Part shown: positions 1 through 12,949 of the stretch, piece after piece
Numbering within the stretch: position 1 is the stretch's first letter
Layout: each line of letters begins with the position of its first letter
From: Octopus vulgaris
Taxonomy: Eukaryota
Assembly (NCBI GenBank): GCA_951406725.2
Contig: OX597819.1
Span: 132,680,001-132,744,000 of the forward strand
Reading direction: 5' to 3'
Length of the DNA: 64,000 bases
Position numbers and translations under genes: made by a program
The notes under the pieces: model-generated
What the model was told of the DNA's origin: nothing
Databases searched by the model: none
What the model saw: only the letters and a program-made list of their open reading frames with translations

Positions 1-123
1 AAGGCATTGGTCGGCCCGGGGCTAAGCAGAAGACACTTGCCCAAGATGCCACGCAGTGGGACTGAACCCAGAACCATGTGGCTGGTTAGCAAGCTACTTA
101 CCACACAGCCACTCCTGCGCCTA
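1..123 (-). mobile_element. SINE family A (tRNA-derived head plus CORE-like CCTTGGGCAAG segment), 5' part
   Basis: Reverse complement reads GGCGCAGGAGTGGCTGTGTGGTAAGTAGCTTGC...GGTTCAGTCCCACTGCGTGGCATCTTGGGCAAG; A-box-like TGGCTGTGTGG and B-box-like GGTTCAGTCC; recurs many times in the window. Confidence 0.85.
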
Positions 124-155
124 TTATATGTGTTAGTAATGTGTTAATTGGATAG

Positions 156-352
<197 letters not shown>

Positions 353-535
353 GCCATGATAGATCGTTAGCCACTACACACATTTTTTTCTCTCCTTGTT
401 TTTTCCTGTGTCTCTTTCTGTAGAAGAGCGTAGGCTCGAAACGTAAAAGACTTTTCTATTCCTGAGCGTTATACTAATACATCTGTTTGTTTTGTACACC
501 ACCTGTCTTTGTCTTTCGTTTTTTTCGTAAACTAT

Positions 536-540
<5 letters not shown>
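353..540 (+). mobile_element. Penelope-like pLTR-type short element with hammerhead-like fold (family H1), ending in (TA)n
   Basis: TCTTT-CTGTAGA-A-GAGCGTAGGCTC-GAAACGT-A-AAAGA at 413-450; homologous copies at 31727-31910 and 32497-32660 (minus). Confidence 0.7.
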
Positions 541-614
<74 letters not shown>

Positions 615-1087
615 AGAAGGAAGAGCTATTTTCATCGTACTTGTGTCTATGGCGAAAGGATGCGTATGGTGGACGCGACTGAAAGTTCTAGAGACAAACA
701 CTTTCCTCTCTGGTTAATCTTTCACCAACTTCTTCAAGTATGACTTGAAGAGGATGGTGGGAATAGAGGGGAAAGTTTTGTCTAGTGTATGTTTCAAAAA
801 AAGGTGGGTGTGTCCAATTTTCACAACCGGGTGCCGTTGAGGAGCGTCTAGTTAGAATTGTACAGGAAACAATTTCAGTTTCCATTTAAACCTGATTCTC
901 TTGCTGTGTATAATGAATGTATTAAAAATCAGTGAAGAACTTCGAGAAGATCTTTTTCTGAAGTTCCGTTCATTACTATTGATTTCTAAGAGAGATGCAA
1001 GAATTACCAATTTTGGCGAGAGAATAGCGTTGATTTGATTAACGCCAACACTTAACCTTCAAGACATCAATATTACTTACATTACTG

Positions 1088-1310
1088 AGGCGGCGAACTG
1101 GCAGAAACGTTTGGATGCTGGGCGAAATGCTTAGCGGCATTTTGCCTGTCTTCGTGTTCTGAATTCAAATTCCGCCGAGGTCGACTTTGCGTTTCACCCT
1201 TTTCGGTGTTCGATAAAATAAGTATCAGTCGAGTACTGGGGGGTCGATGTAATCGACTCCCCCCTTCCCCCTAAATTGCTGGCCTTGTGCCAAAATTTGT
1301 GACTGATATC
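1088..1310 (+). mobile_element. SINE family B (tRNA head GGCGGCGA(A/G)CTGGCAGAAACG, body GCCTTTCATCCTTTCGGGGTCGATAAA)
   Basis: Matches copies at 6490, 27509, 40139, 42428, 45716, 46025; B-box-like GAATTCAAATTCC; body resembles a conserved SINE central domain (Meta-like, not verified). Confidence 0.85.
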
Positions 1311-1650
1311 TCTTTCTGCCATGAACTTGGCGTTTCGGTAGAATCATTAGGGTAGTGATGAAACATGCTATGTGGTATTTAGATGTGAAACTCTACGGTC
1401 AGTGTTCGAATCACAACGAGCTCGAGTGTTGGTTTCATTCTTTCGAGGTCGGTCACATATCGTGTAGAAAACAAATCTAAGAAATATACTTCGGAATTAC
1501 GTGGGCGCTTTTTTTTTTTCGTATTAAATTATTGTACCTCGTGCTGACCACTCCCTCAGTAAGCGAAAAGTGCGCTGTAATCTGTGTACATATATATATA
1601 TACGTGCAACCTGACACACATACATACGCACACAAAAATTCTTACAAAAA

Positions 1651-1723
<73 letters not shown>

Positions 1724-2236
1724 AAATCTCATTGCTGGAATTTATATATGAAAAGCAATACGTGTTACATGTTAAACTTTAGAAAAATCTTTCATATTTT
1801 TACTGTTCCTCTCACGGATGGTATTTGCAAAGTGCGTGTTAGCCAGTCTGTTTCTTTGCCTGAGAATCCTCACTTCTCCAGATTATCACTTAAAAAATTT
1901 ACCGACAAAACGAGTGTGACAATAATTACTGGTATAAAAGCGAATTTATTATCAGAGCAGCGAAGCTGTAGGTTTCGAAACTGTTGTCTATAAATATTCT
2001 TGTCCTCGCTATTTCTAGAAGAATCGTCCACATCTGCAGAGCAGCTGACTTCCATAATTGTACACGATTCTTCTTTCTGTTCCAAATACACCAGGTTTGT
2101 TATATTTGCACATGGTATAAGTGACAATGGATATGTTCCGCCATTATCCCTCGTATTGTTTTATATATATATGTGTGTATGTGTGTGTGTGTGTGTATAT
2201 ATATATATGTATATATATATAATATATATATTATAT

Positions 2237-2513
<277 letters not shown>

Positions 2514-2599
2514 GGCATTGTCTATATTTAACAGAGGACAGCCTTTTCTCCTGATGTCATTTTATATTATTTCAGCAAAAACATGTCGCAGTGGGGCGG

Positions 2600-2765
2600 G
2601 GGAGCACTTTGATTCTTGGGCAGCAGCTGTTGATCATATGTGTGATGGCTTCCTCGGAAGTCTTGGGACTTTAGACTTCATTGTATCTGTTTCTTTGGTC
2701 AATCGGTATTTTGTTGGTATTCTTAACGCTTGAATTGGGAAGCCATAACTTTCGATTTGTGATGT
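2600..2765 (-). mobile_element. Degraded R4/Dong-type LINE fragment (region before zinc knuckle)
   Basis: Minus frames give TSQIESYGFPIQ..IPTKY and EEAITHMINSCCP, resembling the R4-type E(G/A)xxxAxQEQ / ExIxHIxxxC motifs; near an (AAT)n tract. Confidence 0.4.
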
Positions 2766-3760
2766 AAAATAACAGTCGCGAGTCTGGGCAGGGCTGCACT
2801 ACTTATTAACATTGTGAACCACGGTAAGTGTTTTAGGAAATCTACCCCTACATAAAAGACCCTTTTGTGGTATGAAGAGTTGCTTCAGGTTTTCATTGAA
2901 TTAAACTAGTTTTGCACTTCTGGGGTTGACATGGAATATGCCCAGGAAAAAGAACGAGAGAAAGAAAGAGAGAAGGCGAGAAAGATGAAGAGATGGAAAA
3001 TTGAAGTATGATCAATAATACCATAAAAATGGCACGAGCACCGTTACGCACCATATAATATTACTCCAATCTAGCGTGTCAGCTGTCTGAAATAAGCGAT
3101 TCCTAAATGAGAAGAATCTCTCTTGAACCCTTAGCACTAAAGACGAAAATGGGAATGAAAGCTACAACCAGACTCAGAAAGGTAGATGCAATGAAGCAGA
3201 TACAGAGAAATGAGTATCTATTACAGGTATGTTGGTAGTGGTATGCAGATGGAAGATATGGGGATGATGAGTTTGTGAGTAGACATTGTGTAGGTATTGA
3301 CAATGCAAGAGGTTGGTGTTGAGTGATATCGCAGGTGTTTCAAATGTTATGTATCTTTGTGCCGTGTTTGGAGGTGATAGAACTACGATGCTTAAGTGTA
3401 CAGATTATAGATTGCGAAGAATTCTTAGATAGTGACTTTTGAGGCGGAGAATTTCTTCATAATGCTGTCAATGTTTCCTGAGAGATAAGCAATATACTGA
3501 TGCCAGGGCTCTTAATGATAATTCCGTTAAAAATGTACAAATCTTATTTCCTAGCACTCTTGAGATATTCTCAGCAAATTGGGATCTCTTGCTGGCAGAG
3601 TCAACGTTTTGCACCTGGGTTCACACGGAACAAAACTACAACAAAAAGAAAGAAAAAAAAGCTGTCAAGTTTATCTAGAAAATTATTTTAAACTGAAACT
3701 TTTCTCCACGACAAGGAAATGTAGAACCCTTTACTAAAGAAAAAGTGCTGAAGCTGCCAC

Positions 3761-3762
<2 letters not shown>

Positions 3763-3798
<36 letters not shown>

Positions 3799-3817
3799 GT
3801 CATCGTCGTCGTCGTCG

Positions 3818-3857
<40 letters not shown>

Positions 3858-3906
3858 TGTCATCGTCGTCGTCATCGTCGTCGTCGTCATCATAATCATC
3901 ATCACC

Positions 3907-3942
<36 letters not shown>

Positions 3943-4015
3943 GTCATCATCATCGTCATCATCATCATCATCATCATCGTCATCATCATCATCATCATCA
4001 TCGTGGTCGTCGTCG

Positions 4016-4052
<37 letters not shown>

Positions 4053-4087
4053 TGTCATCGTCGTCGTCATCGTCGTCGTCGTCATCT

Positions 4088-4144
<57 letters not shown>

Positions 4145-4195
4145 CCATCGTCGTCGTCGTCGTCGTCATCATCATCATCATCATCATCACCACCA
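3763..4195. repeat. Compound (ATC)n/(GTC)n microsatellite
   Basis: Direct read. Confidence 0.98.
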
Positions 4196-4745
4196 TGAAT
4201 TTTTTTCCCTTGATATCAGCTGCATTTATACATTATCCACCAGATACCATCCAGATTCTAGAGATTGATGATAGATGTGAAGTTCTTGCTTGCTTATATA
4301 ATCTCGGGGAGAGCGAACGGATTAATTCTTAAAAATGGCATGTGTATATACAAGTGCTACAAAAAAATGCTGCAAAACTATGAAAATGAACACGATAGTA
4401 TTCTCTGGATAAAAGTGCTCAGAGCATATTAGGGTAACGGTTCTACCGAGCATTCTATTCCGATTTCTTTTATATTCCACTTGATAATGTCTCCAAGGAC
4501 CCAACGATAATTGGCACTATCTTCACATAGTTTCCATTGCTGGGCTATTTTGTACTTAAAAGAATTGTATATATCTACTTTCTTCGCCTTCCTTCTTGAC
4601 TATTCATGGGTCAGAGAGGAACGCAACATCGACTTTATAGTAATTCGATATCGACTTTGCCTTTCATCTTTACGCGATCGATAAAAAAACTCGATCTAAT
4701 CGACTTATCCCATCCCCACAAATTTCTGGCAAAATTTGAAGCCAT

Positions 4746-4910
4746 TCTTCTTCTTCTTCTTCTTCTTCTTCTTCTTCTTCTTCTTCTTCTTCTTCTTCTT
4801 CTTCTTCTTCTTCTTCTTCTTCTTCTTCTCCTCCTCCTCCTCCTCCTCCTCCTCCTTCTTCTTCTTCTCCTCCTCCTCCTCCTCCTCCTTCTTCTTCTTC
4901 TTCTTCTTCT
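4746..4910. repeat. (TTC)n/(TCC)n microsatellite
   Basis: Direct read. Confidence 0.98.
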
Positions 4911-5481
4911 TTCATTTATAATCATTTGTAGCTATACAAATTAAAATGGCGATTATAAACAAATTTCATTCAAAATTTACGGCATATTTTCTGCAACAAA
5001 TTCCTCGCAAATATTTCTGCCCATTGACGAATATATATATTTAGAACTTTCGATAGAATTTAAGTCTGTGCTAAAACTTTTGAGTGACGTCAAAGATTTA
5101 AGATTGTTCTAGAAATGAAAACTAATATCGTATCACGAAATAAAAGAAAACAAAAATATAATGTTGTTCATAAATGCCAAGAAAATCTCCTCTCCGACAT
5201 CACTTGTTCAATCAAGTATAACTCGACGGCATCACAATCGGAATGTTGCATGCCTTCGCTGTTATTTCCTCTCTGAACCACTTTCCTTCAGTTCTTTCTT
5301 TTGCGTCTGCTTAAGAGACTAAATCTCTTTTGTAAGTCATATATCTGTCGATCGGTGTTTCCTGGAATAGAATTAACATTATTATTGTCATAACTACTTT
5401 AATTCTCACTGCAATCAATGCAATGGAAGAGACGGGTATGTTGAAATCAATATTTTTGAGGTTAGTCACAAAGTTTTTCTC

Positions 5482-5560
<79 letters not shown>

Positions 5561-6240
5561 GACAATAACAAAATATTTCTGTATAAGTTTTGAAAGTTAA
5601 AATCTATAAATCTTAAAGAGACAGCTTACATTGGCTAAGCATAATGCAAGACGCAAAGAACTAAGAAAGTAATGGAGAAAAAAGTATTTTGTGCGGTTTA
5701 CATGCTTGACTGAAAATATATTTGAAAATTGTTAATGTAAATTCTTCAGTGAAACTATATCTGCACTTGTCTGTTGATGTTAAGAAAAATAAAGATAAAG
5801 CAGAGCCCTTTCGTCACATTTCCTTTTGCACTATAAAAAGATATGAGTGTTTACAAAGAGCTTAACGGAGAAAGATACAATTTAGACGTCACAAAGAGAT
5901 GGCAGATGAACTAAAATGATTCTGTTGGCTTTGTTAGGAAGAATGATTATTGCTATAAACGAATATAATATCTTCATGTGAACATATCAAGCATGTGGTT
6001 TGGTTCTTTTGTGCTAAATGGGAGAAATAAATTTAATTCTGGATGATAACATTCCCGACATATGGAATACGGGTCCTTTTCACTTAACTGTCGCGTCTAT
6101 ATAAATTCCAGGTAAGACTAATCTTATGTAGTGTTGAAGCAGGAACTGAGCTTTGATGGTGAAAATTACAAAAGTGTTAGATCGAAGTTTTTATTACGTA
6201 TATAATTGATAAAATGCATTTTTCTTTTTCATCCATAATT

Positions 6241-6300
<60 letters not shown>

Positions 6301-6489
6301 AGACGCTCTGGGAAGGAAAGAAAAGTAGTTTTCCATTTTTATGTAAATATATGTCATAGCCTTGATAATGGCATATATTTAAATAATTTCTCATTAAAAA
6401 AACACAATTATTAAACATTTCAGTGCAAGAAAACATATTTATAAATCTGAAACATATTTATAATTTTAAACAATATCTGGTGCAATATA

Positions 6490-6688
6490 GTATTGGTTTC
6501 AAATTGTGATACGTGGCCAACGGTTTAGGGAGATTACGTTAAATCCAGTACTCAACTGGTACTTATTTAATTGGCCCTGAAAGAATGAAAAGCAAAGTCG
6601 ACCTCGGCGGAATTTGAACTCAAAACGTAAAGACGGACGGAATGCCATCGTGCTCGCGTGCTAAAAATTCTGTCAGCTGACCGCCTTA
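6490..6688 (-). mobile_element. SINE family B
   Basis: AAAGTCGACCTCGGCGGAATTTGAACTC and terminal CCGCC are the reverse complement of the family B head. Confidence 0.8.
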
Positions 6689-7710
6689 ATAGAATATATA
6701 ATATTAAGATTACAATGTCACGCTGTTCTGTCAGAACTTGGAATTAGCAGTAAGCCAACCCTGATCGAGTGCAATTATAATCAATAGCATGCCAAGCGTT
6801 CTTTCCTTTAGGGTTATGTCTTAGATTGCATTATCCAAGGGATCAGATCTTTGATAAAAATGGTAGCCTGTTAGTTGAAAGAGACTTGTCTGCTATTTCC
6901 AGCAGGTCGAGTGATCACAGAGAGGTTATACTTTTCGAGGAATTTTCGGCAAGTCACGTGACTGACAAGTTAGTAACCAATTTCTAGCCTTGTCGTAGAC
7001 ATCGAAATAGTATTCTATAGAAATACTAAACACACAAATACATGATGGACATTTAATTACATTTTAAACCACAGAACTGTGCTCTACAACAGCTCAAAGT
7101 TTCATATTACATTAACTAATATTATTACATTACTCAATGCAGTATTATATTACATTATTATGTAATATCTTGTATTACATAATATGATATATCATATTCT
7201 ATATCTTATACCACATAATAGGTATCTTACATCATATAATATCTTCCATTACATCAACAATTGAAATCTATTAACATAATCTTATTTCTATGTCGCTCTT
7301 ACTGGAGATCAGTGACGATAATGCTGCTCTTAAATATCAGCCTATCTTAATATTATGTTACATCGGTGCCGGTTAATCCTGTTGGAGTAAATTTAAATCA
7401 TCTCTATTAACCCAGGAATAATTAAAATACTTGTTTACTTGTTTTGTTTACTATAGTTTTAACTAATTACATAATTGTAAATATATTCTCTGGTTTTGTT
7501 AATTGAGGTTAAATCTAATTGAGGGAAATCCACAGCCTCTTCCTCATACATTTAGGGCTTATTTTGCAACCTTTATTGCAAAATAGAGATGTTACAGAAT
7601 TTATCATAAAATTAAGACCACGACATGACAAAATCGGTGGAGCTGTGACAAAAGTCTTTTGCGTTACCTCGTTCCAATCCTATTTCATCTTTCATTCTTC
7701 AAGAGCTGAT

Positions 7711-7834
<124 letters not shown>

Positions 7835-7894
7835 TAGTAATGTATGACAACAAAAGAATGAAAGAGACCTCGATATTATGTAAATAGAGGAATT

Positions 7895-8249
7895 TATCTG
7901 TAGTATAATATGTCGCAATTATTCGGTTGCCATAATAAAACTCCGACTTTCGAATGTTGGGGCGGATAAAATCGGCTCCGGCATTTCGTCAGTTATCAAG
8001 GCAATCAGAAATGCTGAGCATTTTAATTTTTTTACTTTTTTACTTTCTCCCCATATTTAACGGTCATTCTAATAGCTCTTAATAACGGGCAATTACATAG
8101 TAATTTCCCTTTGTTTAACGGTCATTTTCATAGATTTTTTGATTGCCTTTATAACTGACGAGATGCCGGAGCAGATTTCCGCCCCGACATCCGAACCTCA
8201 GAGTTTTATTATGGCAACTGAATAATTGTCACATATTATATTACAGATA
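7895..8249. mobile_element. Inverted pair of ~115-bp pLTR-like segments, each with a hammerhead-like CTGACGA...CGAA motif (family H2)
   Basis: 7895-8012 is the imperfect reverse complement of 8134-8249; right arm CTGACGA-GATGCCGG...CCGACATC-CGAAC, left arm (minus) CTGACGA-AATG...CATT-CGAAAG. Confidence 0.55.
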
Positions 8250-8324
<75 letters not shown>

Positions 8325-8394
8325 ATATATAATATACATACATACATACATAAATATATATATATTTATATTTATATATACATATATGCACGCG

Positions 8395-8775
8395 CATCTT
8401 TTATCTTTCACTTGTTTCACTCATTAGACTGCGACCATGCTGGGGCACTGCCTTGAAGAATATTTTAGTTCAATGAATCTTGACCCCAATGCTTGTTTTT
8501 AGGCCTGGTATTAATCCCCCCGTTTTGATGAATCGCTCGATTTCACGTAAACAAACCATCACCGGTTGTGTAGCGGTGATGGAAGAAAACACAGGCACGA
8601 ACGGGCACACACACACACATGATAGGTTTCTTTCAGTTTCCGTCTACCAAATCTACTCCCAGAACTTGAGGCGACGGCAGAAGATACTTGCTCCAGGTGC
8701 CGCAGAATGGGACTGAACCCAGAATCATGTGGTTGGAAAGGAATCTTATTACTACACATGCACGCCTGCGCCTAT
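8395..8775 (-). mobile_element. SINE family A, near full length
   Basis: Head at 8620-8775 (GGGACTGAACCCAGAATCATGTGG), tail at 8400-8600 (ACTTGTTTCA...CCATGCTGGGGCAC). Confidence 0.85.
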
Positions 8776-8827
8776 ACCTACAAACACACACACATACATA
8801 CATATAAATATACATATGTATATATAA

Positions 8828-8872
<45 letters not shown>

Positions 8873-9618
8873 AATAAATATAGACACACACGCACACACA
8901 TATATATGCATATGCATACGCATATGTATGTGTATGTATATTTGTGACAAGTATCACACGATTAAATTTCATGTTTAATACCTGCTGCTACACATTCTGT
9001 CTCTGCTACATTAATCTATGCTAAGACGATCTTCAATGCTGCATAAATTATAGTTTCCACTTTAATTATATAACGCATCTCTACCCTTCGCCACCAATTT
9101 ACAGGTTTATTACCCGAATGTCATAAGCAATTACGTTTTATCCATGTCACATTCTTATCCAAATATTTTATCTCACAAAAGATATCTTATAAAGGAGGTA
9201 GAAAAAAATTTAATATTATTATTAACATATTTTCCTTATTTTTTTGTGGGGTAGAATCGATAATGTCTAACAGGAAAGGAAACAAAAGGAAAGAAGAAAG
9301 GAAAGAGGGAAGAATGTAACGTTGAACAAATTATAAATAACTCCATCAGATATAACAAACAAGCCGAGTAACAGAAATATGAACGATGTTAATAAAATGT
9401 AGAAAATCGAAATAAATTCTACGGCAACGAAGCAAAGAAAGAAGAGAGGAGTTGCACTAATTTTCACATTAGATATGAAAATAATTGGATTGTTGCATAT
9501 TGTTTGTGTACTTTATGACATGGAATCGTTGTTGTTATAATATTTGGTAAAGTTTAGTCGGGAGTTAGTGAGACCGAGTGTTGCTGAGAATTAGTATTTG
9601 ACTACGAGCGAGCAACCA

Positions 9619-9669
<51 letters not shown>

Positions 9670-10144
9670 TTTTCATTACTCTGATGTTATATGTGAGATA
9701 CTTAGTCTATTTTTTTGTATTTGTTAAATTGATATATTCACACACACAAGCACACGCACACAAACACACACACACACACGCACACATACACACGCATGCA
9801 CACAAACACACGCACGTGCACATACACACACACACTCGCACACACAGTTCCTTGTTCTTTTACTGTTTATTTTCCCCGGTTTTCTAAGAAGCTGGAAGCA
9901 AGATAGAAACTGATGTTTTGATGAAAAACAACAACAGCATCAACAAAAAAGAAAACAAAAAAGAAAACAAAAACAAAAAACAACAAAAGACAACAACCTC
10001 AGTAAATAACCAAAGAAATAATTGAAAACGCTCAGAAAGGAAGCTTTTAAATGTTCCTTCCTTTGAAATTGTTTAATTCCTTCTCGACCGGCAGCGATTC
10101 GAAGCAGCAGCAGCAGCAGCAGTGGTACTATTCGTGGTAGTAGT

Positions 10145-10345
10145 ATCTTTTTTCTTTCACTTGTTTCAGGCATTTCACTACGGCCATGCTGGGGCACCGC
10201 TTTGAAGAATGTTCTAGTCGAATCAATCGACTCAACCCTTAATTTTCTTTTTCTAAGCCACGTACGTATTCTATCGTAAGTTTTAGCCGAACCGCTTGGT
10301 CACGGCGACGTTAACACACCAACCCCGGTTGTCAAATGAAGAAAA
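10145..10345 (-). mobile_element. SINE family A, 3' part
   Basis: CACTTGTTTCAG...CCATGCTGGGGCACCGC matches the tail of the 8395 and 23256 copies. Confidence 0.7.
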
Positions 10346-10479
10346 TGGATACCAAGACCAGAAACATGTTGACAGTACACGGAGGAAAACATCATAGGGT
10401 GGTAAATGAAAATTGCCATGGAGCCGGTGTTGAAACACGAAGAAGAAGGCCGGCGTCATCAAAACTGAGAATTGTGTAA

Positions 10480-10835
10480 TGAAAGAAAAATTTAAACAAG
10501 AAATGAAAGAAAATAAGAAAAAGCATGGAAAGAAAAGAAAATGTTGGATCAGTTTGCAAGAGGTGTGACTGTTAAGACAGATAGAAAGGACTGGTGGCTC
10601 TGGATGAGGAGGAGTGACCTGAAGATAGAGACAGAAGCACTCATATGCGCTGCTCAGGAACAAGAGTTAAGGACCAATAATGTGAAGTGCAGGATAGACA
10701 ACAAAACCGATGGCGACAAATGCAGAATGTATGGTGAGAAGGGTTTAACGGTATGGAACACCCGAAATTGGCACAACGCGAATACAAAAGACGCCATGGC
10801 AATGTGGCAAGAATGATCCATTGGAAGCTCTGTAG
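10480..10835 (+). mobile_element. R4/Dong-type LINE fragment (post-RT, zinc-knuckle region)
   Basis: WLWMRRSDLKIETEALICAAQEQELRTN..KCRM, then LAQREYKRRHGNVARMIHWKL in a shifted frame. Confidence 0.85.
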
Positions 10836-10859
10836 TGGGATGGGCTACTCAACCTGAAG

Positions 10860-11045
10860 AAAATTCTATCTGAGCCCTACCTGCAAGGTCATGCGCTGTT
10901 AACCTTGAAATGAGATCACCATGTCGCACATATATGGTTGTGATGCATGTGCCTGGTGTAGCCTTATCAGACAGGTAGTCATGATGGGTATATTGGGCTT
11001 CGTATATTTTACCCCAGTGTCACTTTGATGGCTTGCACTGCAGAT
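10860..11045 (+). mobile_element. Probable SINE/LINE 3' tail
   Basis: GATGGGTATATTGGGCTTCGTATATTTTACCCCAG stem-loop followed by an AAT/GAT-rich tail; family not determined. Confidence 0.4.
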
Positions 11046-11271
11046 AGCAGAACAATAATATTGATGATGTTAATGATGAGAATAGGGTTAGCGAGAAAGA
11101 AAGAAATGTGGAGGAGACAAAAGCATCTTTTCAAACAGGAAAGGAACGGAGAGAATAACGTGTTTACAATTTTCAAGGTACACACATAGACACACACATA
11201 CACACACATACACACGCACACACACACACACACATGCAAAATGTGAACGCCTAAACATACAGACATATATA

Positions 11272-11313
<42 letters not shown>

Positions 11314-11445
11314 TATATGTATACATGTATATGTGTGTGCGTGTTTGTATTTTTGTTTGTGTGTTTGTGTATGTATGTATGTATATATCTATCATTCTAT
11401 CTATCTATCTATCTATCTATCTACCTATCTCTCTCTCTCTCCCAT

Positions 11446-11538
<93 letters not shown>

Positions 11539-12949
11539 CACGTCTATTTTTGCAGGGAAATAAGATGCTATATAACAAACCACAATGATTTGAACTGTAT
11601 AAAACGAAAGATTCGTGGCTATGTTAATCTAGGGCACTCCACGACCTACTTCGCCTAACCATTCCTCAATTTTTGCTGCGAGAAGGCAACAGTATGCACA
11701 AATGATCATTGCAATTTCGAAACATACACCGCTGAAAAACACTTGTATCTTGAGGCTGATCTCTTTTAAGTTCTGTGTAAACCTTTGATTTTAATTTTAC
11801 CAATAATCAGTCTTTTATATGTTTATATTTTGAACCTGTTCTTGTTTCATTCTTATTTCTTTGGAAACCCGCAGTATCACAAATACACAGTTTGGTCTAT
11901 TAAGTGCTTGTCTGATTTTCGAAGAATGGGGAATCTTAGTTCATATATGTTCTCTTCATTTTCTTTGTTATTTTGTAAGAAATTGTTCCTCGTCAATTTT
12001 ATGTTGAGCTTTGCTTTTCTCGATTCTTTTTCCATGTTCTCTTTCGTATATTCATCAACTGTTTGTGTATTTTTATCTGTAATTATTTTCTCTTCTTCAT
12101 CGATCGTTGACTGTGAAGTTCTGTAAATTGGTTCGCTTAGGGGACGATATATTTGCTCATCTTTGTATGATATTTAGAATGAAGTTAATACACTTGCAAT
12201 TCACAATGTTTTCCCTGGTGGTGCCCCGGAAACTGCAGTTTATTCTTTTTCTTGTTGATGGTGATCACGATTATTTTAGCTTTCCTATTCTTGCTTATAT
12301 TTCCAGTTCTTCCGGAAATTCGGCTCTAAAATGTGTTTACTCTGACATATATAGCAACTAGGCTTTCTGACTTATTAATCTCATTTTCTTCGTTTCAGCG
12401 CCCCTACCGGCCGCAATTTCTGTATGGCTCTGTGGCTTCCGGGCATCGTTAGGACTTGCAACATCCATTTTGACGGCATCTGATCACAGGTCATCTTTTG
12501 CTAATCCAGATTTATTCCTTCTCCCATCTTGCAATAAAAACGTTTCGATTATTCTAGAATGTACGTTCTTTCCGGTATTTGTTATTGTCTCCCTTGTTAT
12601 TGCCTCTCTGAGGCACAAATGTATAATTAAGGATGTGTCAGATAATTTCAGCTTCTGATTTGATTGAGTCTTCTACTTTAAACGTGCAGCTGAGAGTGTC
12701 AGAAATTTTATCTTTTTCAGTTATAGTTGTACCATTTGACGCAAGCAAAAATTTAATCCTCTTTTGCCTTTTAGTAAGCAGCGATATAATTTTTGTCTTT
12801 GCTTTTCACTGGATTATCTCCTTTTGTAAAGAAATGCCGCTGGATTTTATGAAATTATCCTACCTACATTTTAGATCTAATTGTAAGAGATCTCAAAATT
12901 CTGTACATTCATTTTGTATTAAAGGAAGATTTTCTTCCACGCTGCTGCT

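Noticed and set aside
688-885. 65-aa non-repetitive minus-strand ORF
   Set aside because: No recognisable motif or convincing splice signals
1945-1995. GAAGC-TGTAG-GTTTC-GAAAC-TGTT-GTC resembling the 3' half of a hammerhead
   Set aside because: No CUGANGA box at the right position and no second copy
4322-4504. ICSEHF motif suggesting a THAP domain
   Set aside because: No upstream CxxxxC or conserved P/W in frame; six residues are not enough
11580-12900. Strand-skewed, coding-like stretch on the minus strand, possibly an old LINE ORF
   Set aside because: Multiple stops and no diagnostic motif identifiable by eye
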